Assembly: GCA_050697195.1 (NCBI GenBank)
Contig: JBOGZL010000404.1
Coordinates: 1 to 42,769, forward strand
Length of the DNA stretch: 42,769 bases
Direction: 5' to 3'
Origin: Solirubrobacterales bacterium
GTDB lineage: Bacteria > Actinomycetota > Thermoleophilia > Solirubrobacterales > 70-9
How positions within the stretch are numbered: the first letter of the stretch is position 1; each line of letters starts with the position of its first letter. Shown here in pieces: positions 31,956-40,641 of the stretch. The notes beneath the pieces were generated by a model. It saw only the letters and a program-made list of their open reading frames with translations. It searched no databases and was not told the origin of the DNA. Both the position numbers and the translations under genes were made by a program.

Positions 31956-34385
31956 ATGAAGCTGGACTGGACCGCACTCGGGATCGGTGGCTCGCGAAGG
32001 GCGTCGCGTGCGCGCTGGACGGCCTTCCGGCGCGCCGCGCTCGGCAGCGCCGCGTTCAGCGCCCTCGCGGGCACGACCGCCGCCGGCCTCTGGTACCAGC
32101 TCTTCCGCCGCCCGCTCCCGCGAACGCGCGGGCGGATCAGGGCGAGCGGGCTCTCGGGCCCGATCGAGATCCGGCGCGATCGCTGGGGAGTGCCCCACAT
32201 CAGCGCCCGAGCGAGGCGCGACCTGTGGTTCGGGCAGGGCTTCTGCCACGGCCAGGACCGGCTCTGGCAGCTCGACCTCTACCGGCGGATGGCGTTGGGA
32301 CGCCTGTCGGAGATCGCCGGGCGCCAGACGCTGCCCACGGATCGGCTGATGCGGACCCTCGGCCTGCGCCGGCTCTCGGCGCGCGAGGCCGCGGAGCTCG
32401 AGCCGGAGCTTCGCGGCGAGCTCGACGCGTACTGCGCCGGGGTCAACTCCGCCGTCGATGCCGCGAAGGCGCCCCCGGCCGAGTTCCAGCTCCTGCGATG
32501 CGAGTTCGAGCCATGGCGGCCGGCGGACCTGCTCGCGGCGCTGAAGCTGCTCGCGTTCGGGCTCTCGACGAACTGGGAGCGGGAGCTGCTTCGCGCGGAG
32601 ATGACCCGCGAGCTGGGGCCGGAGCTCGCCGCGCGCCTCGATCCGCCCTACCCGACCGGCCACCCGGTGATCGCCGACCCCGGGGGTGCGTTCTCCGGCG
32701 ACGCGCTCGGGCTCGCGGAGCAGATCGACCGCGTGCGGGAGACGCTCGGGCTCGCGGTGGAGGCCGGGGGCTCGAACAACTGGGCGGTTTCGGGCTCGCG
32801 GACGAAGAACGGACGCCCGCTGATCGCGGGGGATCCGCACCTCCCACCGAGCATGCCGGGGATCTTCTACGAGGTCGACCTGGAGCTGAACGGGCGGTTC
32901 GCGCGCGGCGCGTCGCTTCCCGGCGTCCCCGGGATCTCGATGGGGCAGACCAACGATGTCGCGTTCGCGTTCACGAACGCGATGGCAGACGTGATGGACC
33001 TGTTCGTGGAGCGGATCGACGGTGACACGTACGAGTTCGAGGGCGAGTCGCGGCAGCTCGAGCGCGTCGTCGAGGAGATCGAGGTGAAGGGTCTGCCCGA
33101 GCCGGACTCGATCGAGGTCCGGCTCACCCATCACGGACCGATCGTCAACGAGGCCCTCGGCGCCGACGACGCGGAGCCGCTCGCGCTGCGGTGGACGGTG
33201 CTCGACGTGCCGGCGATCAGCGAGGCGAACGTGCGCGTGCTCGAGCCTACGAGCGGCCCCGAGCTGGTCGATCTGCTCGCGGCGCACGCGGCGCCGGTCT
33301 CGAATCTGCTGTGGGCCGATCGGCACGGGAGCATCGGCTACAAGACCCTCGGTCGGATCCCGATTCGCCGCGGCGGGTCGCCGGACCTCCCGAAGCCGGG
33401 CTGGAGCGGGGAGTTCGAGTGGGAGGGGCTCGTCCCGTACGACGAGATGCCCGAGGCCCGGGATCCCGAGTGCGGCTACCTGATCACGGCCAACAACCGG
33501 ATCGCGCCCGACGACTACCCCTACCACATCACTAGCGAGTACCTGGACGGATATCGCGCGCGCCGGATCGAGGAGCTGATCCTCGCCCGGCCCGAGCACG
33601 ACCCCGAGAGCTTCGAGGAGATGCAGACGGACAACCACTCGATCCCCGGGATCGAGACCGTCCACCGGCTGGCCCGGCTTCGCCCCCGCGACCAGCGCGA
33701 GGTCGCCGCGATCGAGCGCCTGAAGAGCTGGGACGGGCGGCTCGAGCCCGAGTCGATCGCCGCGACGATCTACGAGGCGTTCACGATGCGGCTCGCGCGC
33801 GAGGTCGCGCGGGCGACGATCCGCGACCGCGACCTCACCGAGCGGTGGCTCGACCGCTCCGACAGCGGATTCATCAATCACGTCACCTCGCCGTGGCGGT
33901 GGCACTCGCACCTGCTCGCGCTGTGGGAGGAGGGCGACGAGGAGCTGGTCGGGCGCCCGTGGGACGAGCTCGCGCTCGACGCGCTGCGCGGGGCGATCGA
34001 CGACCTCGGGGACCGCTACGGGTCCGAGCCCACACGGTGGCGGTGGGGGCGCGTGCACCGGCTCGAGTTCCCGCACGTGATCGGCGAGGCGAATCCGGTC
34101 TTTGCGCAGGTCTTCAACCGCAGCCTCGAGGCAGGCGGCGGGCAGGAGACCGTGAGCCAGATCGCGCACGACCCCAACGACCCGTTTCGGGCGGTGTGGG
34201 CCCCGTGCTGGAGGATGGTCGCCGACCCGGGCGACCCCGCCGGCTCACGGTGGCAGGCGTTCACCGGCCAGTCGGGCCAGGCCGGGAGCCGCCACTACGA
34301 CGACCTCCAGGTGGACTGGCTCGAGGGCCGCACCCAGCCGATGGTCGGCGAGGGGCCGTGGCGCGAGCTCACGCTGCATCCGTGA
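31956..34385 (+). CDS. penicillin acylase family (Ntn hydrolase, S45; penicillin/AHL-acylase-like) protein
   Basis: N-terminal membrane anchor or signal. Autoprocessing/nucleophile site GGSNNWAVSGSRTKNGRPLIAGDPHL. 809 aa. Confidence 0.9.
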   Translation: MKLDWTALGIGGSRRASRARWTAFRRAALGSAAFSALAGTTAAGLWYQLFRRPLPRTRGRIRASGLSGPIEIRRDRWGVPHISARARRDLWFGQGFCHGQDRLWQLDLYRRMALGRLSEIAGRQTLPTDRLMRTLGLRRLSAREAAELEPELRGELDAYCAGVNSAVDAAKAPPAEFQLLRCEFEPWRPADLLAALKLLAFGLSTNWERELLRAEMTRELGPELAARLDPPYPTGHPVIADPGGAFSGDALGLAEQIDRVRETLGLAVEAGGSNNWAVSGSRTKNGRPLIAGDPHLPPSMPGIFYEVDLELNGRFARGASLPGVPGISMGQTNDVAFAFTNAMADVMDLFVERIDGDTYEFEGESRQLERVVEEIEVKGLPEPDSIEVRLTHHGPIVNEALGADDAEPLALRWTVLDVPAISEANVRVLEPTSGPELVDLLAAHAAPVSNLLWADRHGSIGYKTLGRIPIRRGGSPDLPKPGWSGEFEWEGLVPYDEMPEARDPECGYLITANNRIAPDDYPYHITSEYLDGYRARRIEELILARPEHDPESFEEMQTDNHSIPGIETVHRLARLRPRDQREVAAIERLKSWDGRLEPESIAATIYEAFTMRLAREVARATIRDRDLTERWLDRSDSGFINHVTSPWRWHSHLLALWEEGDEELVGRPWDELALDALRGAIDDLGDRYGSEPTRWRWGRVHRLEFPHVIGEANPVFAQVFNRSLEAGGGQETVSQIAHDPNDPFRAVWAPCWRMVADPGDPAGSRWQAFTGQSGQAGSRHYDDLQVDWLEGRTQPMVGEGPWRELTLHP

Positions 34386-34849
34386 GCAGGCGAGCCGAGA
34401 TCACGCTCAGCGATCGCGAGCAGCGCGAGCTGATCGAGACCGAGCGGGTGGTGGTCGTCTCCAGCCTCGGCCCACGCGGGTGGCCGCACTCGATGCCGCT
34501 CTGGTACGTGCCGCGCGACGCCGAGGTCTGGATCTGGACCTACGCCAAGTCCCAGAAGGTCCGAAACCTCGAGCGCGATCCCCGCGCCACGCTGCTCGTC
34601 GACACCGGCCACGAGTACACCGAGCTGCGGGGGGTGATGATCGAGGCCGAGGCCGAGATCCATCGCGACCTCGACACCGTGTCGGGGTTCGGCCGCGAGC
34701 TCACGGTTCGCTACTCGGAGGGGATCGAGTCGGTCGAGGGCGACGCCGCCGCGGCGCTCCAGGCCCAGGCGGCGAAGCGCGTCGCGATCCACTTCCACCC
34801 GCGACGCACCGCCACCTGGGACCACCGCAAGCTCGGCGGCACGTACTAG
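34382..34849 (+). CDS. pyridoxamine 5'-phosphate oxidase family (PPOX class, probably F420-dependent) protein
   Basis: GTG overlaps the acylase TGA (GTGA). SSLGPRGWPHSMPLWYVPRDAEVWIWTYAKSQKVRNLERDPRATLLVD. Confidence 0.75.
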   Translation: MSRRAEITLSDREQRELIETERVVVVSSLGPRGWPHSMPLWYVPRDAEVWIWTYAKSQKVRNLERDPRATLLVDTGHEYTELRGVMIEAEAEIHRDLDTVSGFGRELTVRYSEGIESVEGDAAAALQAQAAKRVAIHFHPRRTATWDHRKLGGTY

Positions 34850-34899
34850 CGACGCACGACGACCCGCGGCGCTCCCCGCGCTAGCCTTCGCGCCCCACG

Positions 34900-35973
34900 A
34901 TGGAGGCGCTGAAGGGGCTGATTCTCTCCGGCGGCGCAGGCACTCGCTTGCGCCCGATCACCCATACCTCTGCGAAGCAGCTCGTGCCGGTCGCGAACAA
35001 GCCCGTGCTCTTCTACGGGATCGAGGCACTCGTCGGCGCGGGCGTGACCGAGATCGTGATCGTGATCGCGCCGCAGACGGGCGAGGAGATCCGCGAGGCC
35101 GTCGGGGACGGGTCCGAGTTCGGCGCGCGGGTCGAGTACGTGACCCAGGACGAGCCCCGCGGGCTCGCCCACGCGGTGCTCACCGCCGAGGACCGGCTCG
35201 CGGACTCGCGGTTCGTGATGTACCTCGGCGACAACCTGCTCCGGGATGGGATCAGCGATCTCGTGGACGCGTTCAGGGAGTCCGAGCCCGATGCCCTGAT
35301 CCTCCTCACCCAGGTACCGGACCCGTCGGAGTTCGGCGTCGCCGAGCTCGACGGCGACCGCGTGGTCCGGCTGGTCGAGAAGCCGAAGGATCCCCCGAGC
35401 GACCTCGCGCTGGTCGGCGTCTACATGTTCGGCCCCGCCGTGTTCGAGGCCGCGCGCGCCGTCGAGCCCTCGTGGCGCGACGAGCTCGAGATCACCGACG
35501 CGATCCAGCATCTGATCGACGGCGGCAAGCGGGTCGAGTCGCGGCTGGTCCGCGGGTGGTGGAAGGACACCGGCCACCTCGAGGACATGCTGGAGGCGAA
35601 CCGGCTCGTGCTCGAGGACATCGAGCGCCGGATCGACGGCGAGCTGATCGACACCCGGGTCGAGGGCCGGGTCGTGATCGAGGACGGGGCGCGGCTGGAG
35701 CGCTCGGTCGTGCGCGGCCCGGCGGTGATCGGCTCAGGGGCGCGGATCTCGGACGCGTACGTCGGCCCCTACACGTCGGTGGCGGCCGACGTCGTGATCT
35801 CGGGATCGGAGGTCGAGCACTCGATTCTGCTCGCGGGCTCGCAGGTGAGGGACCTCGGGGCGCGGATGGAGGCGAGCATGCTGGGCCGAAACGCCGAGCT
35901 CGCGCGCGGGGACGGCCTGCCGAAGACGCTTCGCCTGATCGTCGGCGACAACTCGGAGATCGCGATTCCGTGA
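34900..35973 (+). CDS. rmlA: glucose-1-phosphate thymidylyltransferase (long form with C-terminal LbH domain)
   Basis: ILSGGAGTRLRPITHTSAKQLVPVANKP, plus left-handed beta-helix-like C-terminal repeats. It heads the rml operon. Confidence 0.8.
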   Translation: MEALKGLILSGGAGTRLRPITHTSAKQLVPVANKPVLFYGIEALVGAGVTEIVIVIAPQTGEEIREAVGDGSEFGARVEYVTQDEPRGLAHAVLTAEDRLADSRFVMYLGDNLLRDGISDLVDAFRESEPDALILLTQVPDPSEFGVAELDGDRVVRLVEKPKDPPSDLALVGVYMFGPAVFEAARAVEPSWRDELEITDAIQHLIDGGKRVESRLVRGWWKDTGHLEDMLEANRLVLEDIERRIDGELIDTRVEGRVVIEDGARLERSVVRGPAVIGSGARISDAYVGPYTSVAADVVISGSEVEHSILLAGSQVRDLGARMEASMLGRNAELARGDGLPKTLRLIVGDNSEIAIP

Positions 35974-36827
35974 GGGTCCTCGTCACGGGAGCCGGCGGGA
36001 TGCTGGGCGGCGAGGTCGCGCGCGCGTGCGAGCGCCGCGGCGCCGAGGTCCTCCCCCTCACCCACGTCGATCTCGACATCACCGACGGCCCCGCGGTCGA
36101 CGCGGAGATCGCGGCTATGCGCCCCGACGCGGTCGTCAACTGCGCGGCGTGGACCGACGTCGACGGCGCCGAGGACCACGAGGCCGAGGCGACGCGCACA
36201 AACAGCGAGGCGGCGGGGCTCGTCGCGGTCGCCGCCGCGGAGGTCGGGGCGAAGATCGTTCACCTCTCGAGCGACTACGTGTTCGACGGAAGGAAGCGCA
36301 CGCCGTACGTGGAGTCCGATCACACCGGCCCGCTGTCGGCATATGGTCGCTCGAAGCTCTCGGGCGAGACGTCGGTGGCGGCTGTGAACTCGAAGCACCT
36401 GGTGCTGCGCTCCTCGTGGCTGTTCGGCGCCGGCGGCCGCAACTTCGTCGAGACGATGCTCCAGCTCTCCGAGCAGCAACCCGAGGTCCTCGTCGTGAGC
36501 GACCAGGTCGGGTGTCCCACGTACACGTCGCACCTCGCGGGCGCGATCGCCGAGCTGATGGAGGGCGAGGCGTACGGGGTCCACCACGTCGCCGCGGCGG
36601 GCGCCTGCTCGTGGTTCGAGTTCGCGCAGGAGATCTTCGATCAGTCCGGGGTGGAGTGCCGGGTGATGGCCGCGACCACCGAGATGCTGGCCCGCAAGGC
36701 GCCCCGCCCCGCGTATTCGGCGCTCGAGAGCGAGCGGGACGACGCGATCGCCCTCTCGAGCTGGAAGGTGGGCCTGCGCGACTACCTCGCGGAGCGGGGA
36801 TCGGGCCGAAGCGAGGTCGCGGCGTGA
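35970..36827 (+). CDS. rmlD: dTDP-4-dehydrorhamnose reductase
   Basis: GTG overlaps the rmlA TGA. VLVTGAGGMLG, YGRSKLSGE. Confidence 0.85.
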   Translation: MRVLVTGAGGMLGGEVARACERRGAEVLPLTHVDLDITDGPAVDAEIAAMRPDAVVNCAAWTDVDGAEDHEAEATRTNSEAAGLVAVAAAEVGAKIVHLSSDYVFDGRKRTPYVESDHTGPLSAYGRSKLSGETSVAAVNSKHLVLRSSWLFGAGGRNFVETMLQLSEQQPEVLVVSDQVGCPTYTSHLAGAIAELMEGEAYGVHHVAAAGACSWFEFAQEIFDQSGVECRVMAATTEMLARKAPRPAYSALESERDDAIALSSWKVGLRDYLAERGSGRSEVAA

Positions 36828-37822
36828 GGCTCCTCGTGACCGGGGGGGCGGGGTTCATCGGCTCGAACTACGTCCGCCACCGCCTTACCGCGCAACCCGA
36901 CGACACCGTGGTGGTGCTCGACAAGCTCACGTACGCCGGGCGGCGCGAGAACCTCCGCGATCTCCCGCCCGGGCGGCTCGAGTTCGTCGCCGGGGACATC
37001 TCCGACCGCGAGGCGGTCGCCGGCGCGATCGAGGGCTGCGACGCGGTCGTCAACTACGCCGCCGAGTCGCACGTCGACCGCTCGATCGAGTCCCCGGGCG
37101 AGTTCATCAACACCGACGTGTTCGGGGCGTTCGTGCTGCTCGAGGCGGCGCGCGAGGCCGGCGTCCGCCACCTCCAGGTCTCCACCGACGAGGTCTACGG
37201 GTCGATCGAGGACGGCTCGTTCACCGAGTCATCCCCGCTCGAGCCGTCGTCTCCGTACTCGGCGTCGAAGGCCGGCGGCGACCTGATCGTGCGCGCCTTC
37301 CACCACACCTACGGCGCCGATGCGCTGGTCGTCCGCTCGTCGAACAACTACGGCCCGTTCCAGCACCCCGAGAAGCTGGTCCCGCTGTGCGTGCTCAACG
37401 CGCTCGCGGGCGATCCGCTGCCGGTGTACGGCGACGGGATGCAGGTCCGTAACTGGCTCTACGTCGATGACAACTGCGCCGCGATCGACACCGTGCTCGA
37501 GCGCGGGGACGCGGGCGAGGTCTACAACGTGGGCGGCCCCGACGAGCTCCCCAACATCGAGGTCGTGCGGACGATCCTCGAGCTCACCGGCCGCGACGAC
37601 TCGCTGATCGACCACGTCGCCGACCGCCCCGGCCACGACCGCCGCTACTCGCTCGAGTCCGCGAGGGTCCGGGAGCTCGGGTGGACGGCGGAGGTCGGCT
37701 TCGAGGACGGGCTCGCCCGCACGGTCGCGTGGTACCGCGACAACGGGTGGTGGTGGGAGTCGATCCGGTCGGGCGAGTACCGCGAGTATTACGAGCGCCA
37801 GTACGGCCGCGCGCTCGGCTAG
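36824..37822 (+). CDS. rmlB: dTDP-glucose 4,6-dehydratase
   Basis: GTG overlaps the rmlD TGA. LLVTGGAGFIGSNYV, YSASKAGGD. Confidence 0.9.
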   Translation: MRLLVTGGAGFIGSNYVRHRLTAQPDDTVVVLDKLTYAGRRENLRDLPPGRLEFVAGDISDREAVAGAIEGCDAVVNYAAESHVDRSIESPGEFINTDVFGAFVLLEAAREAGVRHLQVSTDEVYGSIEDGSFTESSPLEPSSPYSASKAGGDLIVRAFHHTYGADALVVRSSNNYGPFQHPEKLVPLCVLNALAGDPLPVYGDGMQVRNWLYVDDNCAAIDTVLERGDAGEVYNVGGPDELPNIEVVRTILELTGRDDSLIDHVADRPGHDRRYSLESARVRELGWTAEVGFEDGLARTVAWYRDNGWWWESIRSGEYREYYERQYGRALG

Positions 37823-38370
37823 TGCCCCGGAGGCTCGACACCGAGCTCGAGGGCCTCGTCCTCGTCGAGCCGGAGGTGCACGGCGACGAGCGTGGGTTCC
37901 TCGTCGAGACCTTCAGGGACGACGCCTGGAGGGAGCTCGGAATCGACGCGGAGTGGGTGCAGGAGAACCACTCGCGCTCGGCGGGACGAATCCTCCGCGG
38001 GCTCCACTTCCAGACCTCACCGGGCCAGGCGAAGCTCGTCCGCTGCATACGGGGGCGGATCTGGGACGTCGCCGTGGACCTGCGCCGGGACTCGCCCACC
38101 TACCGGCGCTGGGAGGGACACGAGCTCGACGACGAGCGCCATCGCCAGCTCTTCGTCCCCGCCGGGTTCGCGCACGGGTTCTGCGTCCTGAGCGAGGAGG
38201 CCGACGTCGCCTACAAGCTCTCGAGCCGCTACGACCCCGAGACCGAGGCCGGGATCGCGTGGGACGACCCCGACGTCGCGGTCGAGTGGCCGATCGCCGA
38301 CCCGGTGCTCTCCGAGCGCGACCGCGGCGCCCCGCGGCTCGCGGAGATCGCCGACGCGCTTCCGTGGTAG
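37822..38370 (+). CDS. rmlC: dTDP-4-dehydrorhamnose 3,5-epimerase
   Basis: GTG overlaps the rmlB TAG by 1 nt. GDERGFLVETF, LRGLHFQ, FVPAGFAHGF. Confidence 0.9.
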   Translation: MPRRLDTELEGLVLVEPEVHGDERGFLVETFRDDAWRELGIDAEWVQENHSRSAGRILRGLHFQTSPGQAKLVRCIRGRIWDVAVDLRRDSPTYRRWEGHELDDERHRQLFVPAGFAHGFCVLSEEADVAYKLSSRYDPETEAGIAWDDPDVAVEWPIADPVLSERDRGAPRLAEIADALPW

Positions 38371-38407
38371 GGAAGACGAGGGCAAGTAGGGGGGTCAGCC
38401 TGGTCGT

Positions 38408-38447
38408 TTGAAGCCTTATCGGGTCTATGGGCCGGATAAGGCTTCAA
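38408..38447. repeat. perfect 13-bp inverted repeat TTGAAGCCTTATC / GATAAGGCTTCAA with a 14-nt spacer
   Basis: Arms at 38408-38420 and 38435-38447. It is AT-richer than its surroundings. The spacer contains the ATG (38427) of the DUF559 gene. Confidence 0.85.
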
Positions 38448-39332
38448 CCGACGCTCGGAGGGGTGCTGGCGCTTGCCGGTGAACAGCACGGTGTGGTGAC
38501 CGGGGGCCAGCTCGTGGCGCTCGGGCTGAGCCGGGACGGCATCGCGTACCGCGCTCGGCGCGGCCGGCTGTTCCGCATACGCAGAGACGTGTACGCAATC
38601 GGTTCACCCACCCTTACTCGCAAGGGCCGCTGGATGGCCGCGGTGCTGGCCTGCGGGCCAACAGCGGCTCTGAGCTACGAGAGCGCCGCGGCGCTGTGGG
38701 GGATGCGCGACCACGAGCGAGGGCGGATCGAGGTCTCGATCGCGCCACGCGTATCGCGTCGTCACGAGGAGGTCCGAGTGCACCGCCGCGCGCTTACCGA
38801 ATCCGACCTCACTCGCCATTGCTGTATCCCTGTCACTACCCCTGCCTGCACCCTGATCGACCTCGCCGCCCGTCTCGGTGAGGGCCAGCTGGAGAGAGCG
38901 ATCTCGGAGGCCGACAAGCTCGGCCTCACCCACCCCGACCGCCTCCTTTCGCTGCTGGAAAGCCTTCCGCGACGCCCGGGCGCGGCGGTTCTACGCGACA
39001 CCCTCACCCGCCACACCTTTCGCCTCACCGACTCGGAGCTGGAGCGGTTGTTCGTGCCGCTTGCGATCGAGGCAGGACTTCCCCCACCCCGCACTCGTCA
39101 GGTGGTGAACGGATACAGGGTGGACTTCTGGTGGCCGGAGCTGGGGTTGGTGGTAGAGACGGACGGTCTCACCTACCACCGCACAGCGGCGCAGCAGGCC
39201 ACCGACCGTCGCCGGGATCAGGTCCACACCGCAGCCGGGCTCACCCAGCTTCGCTTCACTCACTGGCAGGTCCGGTTCGACCCGCGGCACGTGGTGGCGA
39301 CGCTTGCTAGCGTGGCGCGGCGGCTGGCGTAA
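38427..39332 (+). CDS. DUF559 (Vsr-like endonuclease fold) protein with AbiEi-like N-terminal wHTH; paralogue of 11788..12792
   Basis: GLVVETDGLTYHRTAAQQATDRRRDQVHTAAGLTQLRFTHWQV. It shares GRWMAAVLACGP and SAAALWG with the other copy. The start could lie further downstream. Confidence 0.75.
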   Translation: MGRIRLQPTLGGVLALAGEQHGVVTGGQLVALGLSRDGIAYRARRGRLFRIRRDVYAIGSPTLTRKGRWMAAVLACGPTAALSYESAAALWGMRDHERGRIEVSIAPRVSRRHEEVRVHRRALTESDLTRHCCIPVTTPACTLIDLAARLGEGQLERAISEADKLGLTHPDRLLSLLESLPRRPGAAVLRDTLTRHTFRLTDSELERLFVPLAIEAGLPPPRTRQVVNGYRVDFWWPELGLVVETDGLTYHRTAAQQATDRRRDQVHTAAGLTQLRFTHWQVRFDPRHVVATLASVARRLA

Positions 39333-39354
39333 TCCGGCCGGTGGCCGCCGCCCG

Positions 39355-39843
39355 CTAAGGGATCACGAAGGCGAACGAGTTGTCCTGCTGTCCGATTCCC
39401 CCCGGATCGACGCTGACCTGGAACGCCGCGACCTCGAGCGTGCCCGACGGACAGTGGACCCGCTCCGCCAGCCACTGAGGCGCCACGACCGCCCCTGCTG
39501 GGGTGCTGTCGTGGTCGAAGACCGCCCCGACGACGAGCGTCGCGGTGTCGGGATCGATCGCCGACTTTGGCGTGATGCAGTAGCGCCCCGTGAGAGGGTG
39601 GCTCACCGAAGCGACGCCCTTCGCGTTGATCAGGCCTCCGTCGGGGTCGACGAGTCCGGAGGCCCGCGCGCCCTCGGCCGAGGGGCTGATGTCCTTGAGC
39701 TTGATCGTGTTGGGCTTTATGTCGCCGGAGCCGACCGTGTTCTTGCCCTTGAGCGCGTACGCGCCACCTCCGAGGGCGACGATCAGCGCGATGAGTGCGA
39801 TCGCATAAGCACCCGCCACGCGTGCTCTGGTCCTCACGGTCAC
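39355..39843 (-). CDS. hypothetical membrane-anchored/secreted protein
   Basis: GTG start. N-terminal anchor AGAYAIALIALIVALGGGAYAL, then LKGKNTVGSGDIKPNTIKLKDI. No family recognised. Confidence 0.55.
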   Translation of the reverse strand: MTVRTRARVAGAYAIALIALIVALGGGAYALKGKNTVGSGDIKPNTIKLKDISPSAEGARASGLVDPDGGLINAKGVASVSHPLTGRYCITPKSAIDPDTATLVVGAVFDHDSTPAGAVVAPQWLAERVHCPSGTLEVAAFQVSVDPGGIGQQDNSFAFVIP

Positions 39844-39903
39844 CAGGGATCCTCGCCCCGTCAGTGAAGCGGGCCGGTCGGACGACGCGGGTGAGCGGCT
39901 CGA

Positions 39904-40641
39904 CTACCCGGCGCGCCCGGCCGCGACGAGCTCGGGGACCGTCACGAACCGGTAGCCGTCGGCGGTCATCCGCTCCAGCACCTGGTCGGTCGCCTCGATC
40001 GAGGCGCTTCGGTCGTGCTCGGGATCCTTGTGGTACCCGTCGTGGAGCAGGATGATGTCGCCGTCGCGGGCGCGGGTCGCGCGCCGCACCAGCTTCGGCG
40101 GGGTGGCGGTGCGGCGCCAGTCGTAGCACGTGATCGACCACAGCAGCGGCACGTAGCCCTCCTCCTTCAGTACCCGGAGGGTCGCGGGCCGGCGGCGTCC
40201 GTACGGCGGGCGCATCAGGGAGCGGCCGTCGACCTTGGAGATCTCGACCTCCGCCGCCTCGATCGCCTCGCGGCAGCGCCGCAGCTCCTCGCGAAGCTGG
40301 CCCATCGTCCGAAGCGCCATCGTCGGGTGCGTGAAGGTGTGGTTGCCGATCGCGTGGCCGGCCTCCACCAGCTCGCGGATCAGGGCCGGCTCGCGCTCCG
40401 CCCAGCGCCCGATCAGCAGGAACGTCGCCTTCGCGCCGTGGCGCTCGAGCACCCGCATCAGCCGCGGGGTCTCCTTCGGGTTCGGGCCGTCGTCGTAGGT
40501 GAGCGCGATCGTCTTTGTGGCCTCGGGCACGCGGCAGATAGTGTGTCCGTAGAGTTGCGAGGTCGGGACCTGGCCGTGGTACCAGGCGAACCCGGCCGCC
40601 CCGGCAGCGGCAGCGCCGAGGGCGCGCTTCGCGGAGCTCAT
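39904..40641 (-). CDS. polysaccharide deacetylase (NodB homology domain) with N-terminal anchor
   Basis: Internal ATG at 40641 gives MSSAKRALGAAAAGAAGFAW. NodB motifs ALTYDDGP and GNHTFTHP. The upstream 400 codons of ORF 39904..41856 are an artefact. Confidence 0.85.
   Translation of the reverse strand: MSSAKRALGAAAAGAAGFAWYHGQVPTSQLYGHTICRVPEATKTIALTYDDGPNPKETPRLMRVLERHGAKATFLLIGRWAEREPALIRELVEAGHAIGNHTFTHPTMALRTMGQLREELRRCREAIEAAEVEISKVDGRSLMRPPYGRRRPATLRVLKEEGYVPLLWSITCYDWRRTATPPKLVRRATRARDGDIILLHDGYHKDPEHDRSASIEATDQVLERMTADGYRFVTVPELVAAGRAG

Noticed and set aside
34900-38370. rmlA-rmlD-rmlB-rmlC operon with three GTG starts overlapping upstream stops (GTGA, GTGA, TAGTG).
   Set aside because: Tight translational coupling and this gene set are ordinary for dTDP-L-rhamnose biosynthesis. 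Nothing is anomalous beyond the gene order.
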